A stretch of DNA of 63,830 nt, counting the filler, from Reclinomonas americana ATCC 50394 (taxonomy: Eukaryota): NCBI GenBank assembly GCA_048213135.1. It is 17 parts of 17 records of this genome, joined end to end, with 100 filler letters (N's around TTAATTAATTAA, not from the genome) between each part and the next. Parts side by side here need not be neighbours in the genome. Positions count along the whole stretch, not along the records: positions 54,375 to 62,691 come from AFZH01016898.1; positions 62,792 to 63,830 come from AFZH01016906.1; 15 more parts are not named here. One strand, given 5' to 3'. The notes beneath the pieces were generated by a model. The model did not search any database. It worked only from the letters and a program-made list of their open reading frames with translations, and was not told where the DNA came from. Made by a program: the position numbers and the translations under genes. Positions 56,901 through 63,830 of this stretch are shown in pieces. Each line of letters opens with the position of its first letter. Position 1 is the first letter of the stretch.

Positions 56901-59900
56901 GTGGCCGTGGTCACCACCGCCTTCGGCAGCGTGATGGTGCTTGACAAGGCGGTGCTCGCCGCCGTAATGGCCACCGTATTGCCACTGATGCTCACCGCCG
57001 GTGCGGCGGAGCCGAGTGTAATGGTGGCACTCGCCGCCGTGCCGAGGTTGAGGGCCGTGCCGGCATTCAAGTTGATGGTTCCCGGGGCGGTGGTGGCATC
57101 AATGGTCACCGTCGGCGCCTTCAGTGTCGCCGTGTTGCTGGTGCTATTCAGGGTCAGCGACAGCGCCGTGGCCGAGTCCACCAGCTGGATCAAGTTGGTC
57201 GACATGGTGAGCTTGGACGGTGTGGCGGCATTGCCCTGCTCCAGCGTAATCGACGAGGTGGGATTGTCGGTCGCCTTGAGCAGAATCGTCTGACCGCGGC
57301 CTGTCAGCTGCTTCGTCTGAGTGGTCGAGTTGCCGCTCAGTGTCACGCTGTTGGCGCCGTACAGCGACATGTCGTAGGTGCTCATCTGGATGATGTGTGT
57401 GGCCAGCGTCACGCCCGTGTTGACGGTGAACGACGACATTGTCAGCGAGCCAAAGGTAGCCGACACCGCATTCATCGAGTAGGCACCCTGCGAGAATGGA
57501 CAAAAAGAAAAAGGAGTGTTGGAGGAGAAAACTAGAAGCGGGGGGGAAAAAAAAGGAGCTCACCGACAGCGTGCCAGTCAGGGCGGTACCCAGAATGTTG
57601 AGGGCGCTGGTGGCCGAGCCGAGGGCCAGCGTAGTAACCGGTGTGAGATTCAGCGTGGTCGGGTTGTGTGTGTGGGTAGTACCGCCCACAGTGGCCGTCG
57701 TGGCTGTCGCCGTCAGCGTACCGATGGTGGCGGTGAGGCTGGTGGCCGACGTGAGGGTCAGCGTCGGCAGCACCAGCGTCGACGCACCACCGGCCGTGAC
57801 CGAAATTGACGTGGATGCAACAATCAGTGAGCTGACAAGCGAGTTGCCGATGCGAATCGTGTTGGTCAGCGAGTTCCCGAGCGAGTCCAGCGTGAAACCA
57901 AGGTTGAGCGACGTGCCGTCAAATACAGTGGTCGTGCGACCATACAGACGAACGTCGGAGCACTCGCCGTAGAACGGCGCCACAGTGCCACCATTGTCCA
58001 TGCGGAAAACGCACGTGCCGGAGCTCGTGCCACGAGTGAGCACAAAGGTGCCCGGGGTACCCGGTGTGCTCGTGGCCGTCAGTCGCATGCTGACCTGATC
58101 AGTGCCGGTGCCAGCCAGCACATTCCACGACGTGCCGGCGGCCACCGTGCCGGCGCCCAGGTTGGCGGTAAAGGTCGGAATCGCACCGGTGCCACCGAGG
58201 GTCAGCGACGTGGTTGCATTGTGCACGAGCACCGGCGAAGTCGACGTCATGGACGTCCCCGACGTGATGGCCAGCGTGTTGGTCGTGCTTGCGCCCTGCG
58301 TGCCGACGACAACGTCGGGCGCAGAGAGCACGGCAGCGGTGCCAAAACGAGCGTCCAAGTTCGCCGCACGCATGTTGACATTGGTGCTGGTGGCCACGCC
58401 GAGCGAAATGGCTCCCGAGGTGGAGACGGCCAGCGACGCCAGGTTCATCGCATACGCGCCGCCGGTAAAGGTGGCAGAGGTCGCCGCCGCCAGCGTGTAC
58501 ACCGGCGACGTGATGGTGCTTGTGTCCGAGGTGACCGTCAGCGTCGGCGCCGTGAGGGTGGCCGAGCCGGCACCGCCGAGCGTGCCAATGGTCGCCGTCA
58601 GTGTGCGCGACGTCAATGTCGTGGCAGTCAACGATGCGCTGCCAATGTTGATCGCCGTCACAGTCGACTGACCGAGACGCAGTGTGCCCGGCGTGTCCAC
58701 CGTGAGGGTGTTGAGCGCTAGCAGCGAGGCCTGCGGGGCACACACAGACCATAGAGATCAGCTACCGTGAGGGGGGAACAAAATAAGGGAGAGACGAACC
58801 GAGAGGTTGCCGGTGGAGGAGCCGAGAACCAGGTTGCCGTGAGTGCCAGTGCCGACACCTTGGCCGGCACGCACAGTCAGGTCGGCACCGTTGGCGTTAC
58901 CGGCGGCCGCCGGACGGTCGGGACGCTGCACGGTCAGAGCAACAGCGAAGTCGTCGTGCAGTTGCAGCGCATTGCCGCCACCTCGCATGCTGACAATCTT
59001 GCCAGCTTGAATGTCAATGTTGCCATCGATCTGTGCCACAAAAGAAAGAGTGAGGCGATGAACACGCACATGGCACAGGGGCGCGCCGACGAAACTGTCG
59101 TCTGGGGCGAGTAGATGCGCGTCAACGTGGAGGCACTTGTGTTGCCAATGCTGACTTCGCTGGCCACAAACGTGCCGATCTGCACTTTGCCATTCGTGGT
59201 CGTTCCAGTGCCAGCGTCAAAGCCACTGCGAGATAAAATGGAGAGTCAACATCAGAACAGTGACAAGAAAAGGGAGAAAGAGGATGACAAGTGGCACGAC
59301 GCAACATGTCACCACCGACAGTGCCAGCAGTCGATTGGCCACGGTAGTAGGTCGGCGAGCCGGCAAAGGTGTTGGTCGTCTGCGTTTCGCGCTCCATCAC
59401 AAAGGTCTTGGAGACGACGCCACCACCATTGTTGCCGAGTGCCACGCGGTGAGTCGAGTCCAGCGCGCTGAGACCCGGATCGAGGCGCACAAACGACTGC
59501 GCCTGCAGGGTCAGCGTGGTCGCGGAGACCACCGACGTGGAGGTGAAGCCGCCAGAGAGTGTGGTCAGGCCGGTCACAGTCAACGTGCTGCCCAGTGTCA
59601 CACCCTGGTTCACTTGCAGAGTGCCGAGGACTGTGGTCAGTGAGCCGGCGCGACTCAGATTCACTCCAGTCACTGCACTGGCGCCCATGGTGACACTCTG
59701 TATAGGCATGAATAAAAATGAGTGACATGACTAGAAGGAGAATAATCAAAAAGGACAACACACCGCTGACGAATCAATCGTCATTGCCGCAGTGCTCGAC
59801 AGCGCCATGGTCGTGGCGGCCGTCACGGCAATGGTGGACGCGCTATTGTTGGTGTATGAGGTGGAAGTCAGATTGAGGGGTCCCGCGAGCAGTTGCATCT

Positions 59901-62502
59901 GCGTGTTTCCCACAATGAGCGCCTACGGCTAAACAAGCGCACATCCAACGGCAGACAACATCGCACCTGCGCACGAGTGGCCGCCACCGGTCCGGTCGAC
60001 AGCGTCAAGATGCCGGGTGTCACCGTACCGCCATTGTTGTGCTGAGCACTCTCGATACGGAGCTCTGGCGGCGAGTTAACGCCGTCATACACACTGGCGT
60101 GACGAATGATCGCGACAGTGGCTTGCGCGCCCACGCGGATAATGGTGTCGTCCGAGTAAATGCTGCTGGGCGACGTGTTCGGCAGAGTGGCGGGCGTGCT
60201 CGATCGCAGCAGCAGTGCGCCAGCGAGCTACAGCAAGTGTACGAGGTGAACAACACGAGACGTGTGCGCAATAGCAGGCAAGAGACGTACCGACAGAGTG
60301 GTACCCGTGACGCTCACAACGGCGGCATTGTGGCCGATTGAAATGGCCGTGGTTGGCGACGGGCCAATGAACACGGAGCCATTGGGGGTACCGACACCAC
60401 CAACAATGGACCTGTTAAGAGGGTGAGTGAGACACAAGCATCAAAAGCATCCTCAGCATCATCACACATCAACACTCACACATCGCCACCGGCCGCCGAG
60501 CTGTCCTGGCCGAGAATCTGCAACGGCTTGCCTGCCGCGATCGAAGTAACCGGCTTGAACACGTACGACACCGTCGGCGCACCGCCAAACAGCAAGGATG
60601 AGTTGAACGGCGTCAGCGTGAGACCACCGGCTGCCGAGGACAAGCCCGGCGCCACCGCCGTCACGGTAAACGTGGCAGTCTCCGACACATTCATCTGCGC
60701 ACTGCGTGTGAGAACGGGCGGAAGGGGGAAAGAAACAAAGTACGGATGGCTCGCTCACGCACCGGTCCTCTGACATTGGTCGGCTTGGTTGTGGCCGCAA
60801 GGTTGACGGCGGTCAGTGTCGCGTCGACCGTACCGATATTGATGGTGGTCGCATCGAGAGCCACCGTGTTGCCTGTCACCGACACCGCTTGGCCATCCAT
60901 GGACACCGTATTGGTGGCACGAGCTGCGCCACCGAGGAACAGGGTGGAGCTGGATCCGGTGCCAGGTGCAACGCGCAGGTTCACTGCGGCGCTGGCACCC
61001 ATATCCGGCGTCTGCAGCAGGAAGGGCGAGGTGGCCAGCGGCGTGCCATGAATGGTCAGGGTGGCGCCACTTGAAATCAGCGTGCTCGCCACCGTCACCG
61101 TGCTGGAGAATGTGGCCGCGCCAGTCACCTACATCGGAGGGAGGAGAGCAGTGAGTTCACGCAAATCACAACGAGTCTCTCGCCCTCTCTCTTCTTCTCT
61201 TCCCTCTTGTACAACTCACCGCCAATGTCGACGACGCCGTCAGTGCACCGGACACCGTGGTACCAGTGACCGGCGACATGTTGATGGTGGCCGAGGCGGA
61301 ATTACCAATCTGAATCAGATTGGCGGCAATGGTGCCAATCAGCACGTTGCCATTGGTGCCAGTGCCGCCGCCGGCGAGACCAGCGTCGAGCAGCATGTTG
61401 CCGCCGTTGTTGTTGAGGCCGTTGGCGTTCTGGCCGCGGATGCGGAATATGTCGCCCGAGCCGGCAGCGGTGCGATCAGTGCGAATCAGGTCAATGGGCG
61501 AACCACTGGTGCCCGTGATGCTGACGCGACTGGAGAAGGGCGCCAGCGCCAAATCGCCCGCCGCCGTGTTGATCAACGGCGTGGTGATGGAGGTGTTCGC
61601 CACTGCCGTGTTGACAGTCAGCGTGCCGCCGAGGAAGGTCACCGACTCGTTCACAATAAAGGAACCGAGCACGCGTGTGACCTTGGTCGACAAGCCGAGC
61701 TGTACCTCGCCGGCGCCAGTGCCCTGATTGATGCTCACGTTGCCAGTGTTGCTGACCAGCGAGGCATTGCCGTCGGAGACCATGGAAAGCGTCTTGGAGA
61801 TGGTCTGGATCGAATTGGTGCGATAGAGTGCGGCGCCGAGAACGAGATTGCCGTCGGTACCACCCGACGTGCTCTGCCCGGCCTCCAGTCGCAAATCAGC
61901 GCCCGCGCCAGCCGTGCTCAGCCGGCGGAGCGTAAATGTGTTATTGGTCGAGTCGCCAAGGATAAGCGCCTGCTGGACCGGCGATTGCACGGCACCAGTG
62001 GAGAGGATCAGCGTGCCACCAATGGTGGCCGTCGACGACGTTGACACAGTGGTGGCCGACACATTCACCGCCGTGAACGAATTGCTGTTGACGACGGTGG
62101 GCGTGCTGGCCGCGCCAATGTTGACCGAGGAGCTCGAAGAGCCAATGTTGATGGAGCCGTTGCCGAGTGCGCCCACACCGCCGTCCAGCACCAAGTTGCC
62201 GCCGGTCGAGCCGAGCGACTGCTGACCAATAATGGTGAGCGTCGTGCCGGCCGTGTTGATCAGCGGTCGCGTCAAGGTGAAGGCGGTGGTGTTGTTGCCC
62301 AGAGTGGCAATGTTGGTGAACGACTGCAGCTGCAGATTGCCAGCCGCCGTGGTCACCAGCGGCGTGGTGACGCTGAGTGCCGCCGTCACTGGGCCCAACA
62401 CGTTGAGGGTGACGCCGGCCAGCGGCAGTGTGACTGCCGAGTTGCCGAGTTGCATAAAGGCCTGATTCGAGACCATCAAGTTCAGCAGCACCGGGGCACC
62501 AG
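47535..62502 (-). CDS. Giant Gly/Thr/Ala/Ser-rich beta-strand-repeat fibre protein with a C-terminal intramolecular chaperone (Peptidase_S74) domain; 5'-partial, about 4,500 aa visible
   Basis: Twenty exons joined in frame by 19 GT-AG introns (approx. 61129-61219, 60695-60762, 60412-60479, 60228-60290, 59923-59966, 59698-59763, 59227-59305, 59031-59095, 58731-58799, 57488-57563, 56738-56829, 55881-55956, 51391-51453, 50670-50745, 50442-50508, 49799-49883, 49120-49178, 48678-48742, 48140-48256). The linker at 54275-54374 interrupts one exon within the same repeat type. Confidence 0.88.
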
Positions 62503-62541
62503 CTGCGAGTGGCGAGGGGAATGTGGTGAGTCACCGCGTTC

Positions 62542-62653
<112 letters not shown>

Positions 62654-62903
62654 TACGGTACGGTACGGTACGGTACGGTACGGTACGGTACNNNNNNNNN
62701 NNNNNNNNNNNNNNNNNNNNNNNNNNNNNNNNNNNTTAATTAATTAANNNNNNNNNNNNNNNNNNNNNNNNNNNNNNNNNNNNNNNNNNNNTCTCTCTCT
62801 CCCTTCCCTCCCTTTCCTCCCTTCCTTCCTCCTTCCGTTCCCTTTCTCCCTTCCTCCTTCCGTTCCCTTTCTCCCTCCCCTCCCCTCTCTTCTTCATGCA
62901 CAG

Positions 62904-63635
62904 TGGAACCCCCCTCTCGCACCGTCCGCAACATGCTGGCCAAGCTGCTCGTGCGCTGCGCCAACCAGGCCGCCGGCTGCACCGAAGTCGTGGCCGTGTC
63001 GCAGCTGAGTGCCCACGAACGCGACTGTGTATTTGCGACGCTGCGCTGCTCCAACGCCGGCTGCTCGACGACGGTGACGGGTGGGCAGGCCGCGCTGCAG
63101 AGACATCGGGAGACCGAGTGTCAGTTTGAGGTGCGCAAGGCAATCAATCGTGTGTGCCTTGTTGTTGTTGTTGTTGTCTCACTCCCCTCACAGGTGGTCA
63201 CCTGCGCCGGCGGCTGCGGCTCGACACTGAGGCGATTGGACTTTGAGGGCCACTCGTGTGTGGAGGAGCTGAGAACCAAGGTCGGCATCCCCCTCCTACT
63301 TCGCCTTGTCGCCTCTCGCCCTCACTCTCACACGCACGCAGCTGGACATGTCCATGGCACGCGAGCGCGCACTACAGCAGCGCGTTGAGGAGCTGACGAG
63401 CATGCTGGCCAGCGCCGTCAATGAGCCGGCACAAGTCAGCACCGTCACCATGAGTGTGTCCGACCTGAAGATGCAGCTCCGTCGCATGGGCGTGTCGGAG
63501 GCGGAGATTCGGGCGTGTGTGGAGAAGCGCGATCTGCACGAGTTGCTGATGCGGAGACGAAGTCAGCAGCAGCAGTCGTCGTCGTCGTATCACCATCATG
63601 CGAGGTCGGCGCCGCCGGACTCGCCACCGCCGGCG
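62904..63635 (+). CDS. TRAF-type zinc-finger protein (RNF41/TRAF-like) with coiled coil and a SAP-like helical motif; partial at both ends
   Basis: VRNMLAKLLVRCxNxxxGC...LSAHERDC, CSNAGC...HRETEC and CAGGC...HSC zinc-finger repeats; VSDLKMQLRRMGV...CVEKRDLHELL. Donors at 63131, 63281 and 63636. Confidence 0.8.
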
Positions 63636-63830
63636 GTGAGTGGGGGGAGGCACGGGGGAAGGGGGGTAGAGGGGGGTTAGGGGAAGGGGGGAAGGGGGAA
63701 AGGGAGGGAAAGGGAGGGAAAAGGAGGGAAAAGGAGGGAAAGGGCACACAGGACTCGTGAGTGAGGAGAGGAATTTCACGCGTGGAGTTTGTTGTCATTC
63801 CTCTCCTTTTTTCGACCTTGCCCTTCTCCT

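Noticed and set aside
47535..62502. Prophage, giant-virus insertion or bacterial contamination as the source of the tail-fibre-like gene
   Set aside because: It has 19 frame-consistent spliceosomal introns with the same donor and branch motifs as neighbouring genes, host-like codon bias, a eukaryotic LRR gene on the same contig, and no other viral genes.

Overview
Intron-rich, GC-rich eukaryotic (protist-like, probably flagellated) genomic scaffold. It consists of 17 contig pieces joined by 16 artificial 100-nt linkers (N44-TTAATTAATTAA-N44). Several genes continue in order across linkers, so the pieces look scaffolded. Introns are mostly 45-120 nt, GT-AG, with a CTGAC/CTCAC/CTAAC branch motif near the 3' end, and many contig ends break in microsatellites. 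Genes, left to right: a partial gene; a coiled-coil + HNH-endonuclease gene; a large multi-FN3 type-I membrane protein; a GT92-like glycosyltransferase; an RluA-family pseudouridine synthase; a tandem array of intronless WD40 genes; Eaf6/MEAF6; a giant coiled-coil protein built partly by multi-exon duplication; a ubiquitin-like + lebercilin-like gene; a kinesin; an RNI-like LRR protein; a giant (about 4,500 aa visible) beta-repeat protein ending in a phage-tail-fibre-type self-cleaving chaperone (Peptidase_S74/ICA) domain; and a TRAF-zinc-finger gene. Three observations stand out. (1) The phage-tail-fibre-like giant gene has an intact frame across 19 manually reconstructed spliceosomal introns. 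(2) About 20 introns have 5' splice sites reading (A/T)|GTTGCGT-like, a one-nucleotide-shifted version of the dominant G|GTGCGT donor. (3) The intronless WD40 array varies at binding-face positions and carries a SOCS/F-box-like tail. All gene models and domain calls were made by eye, without database searches or RNA data.
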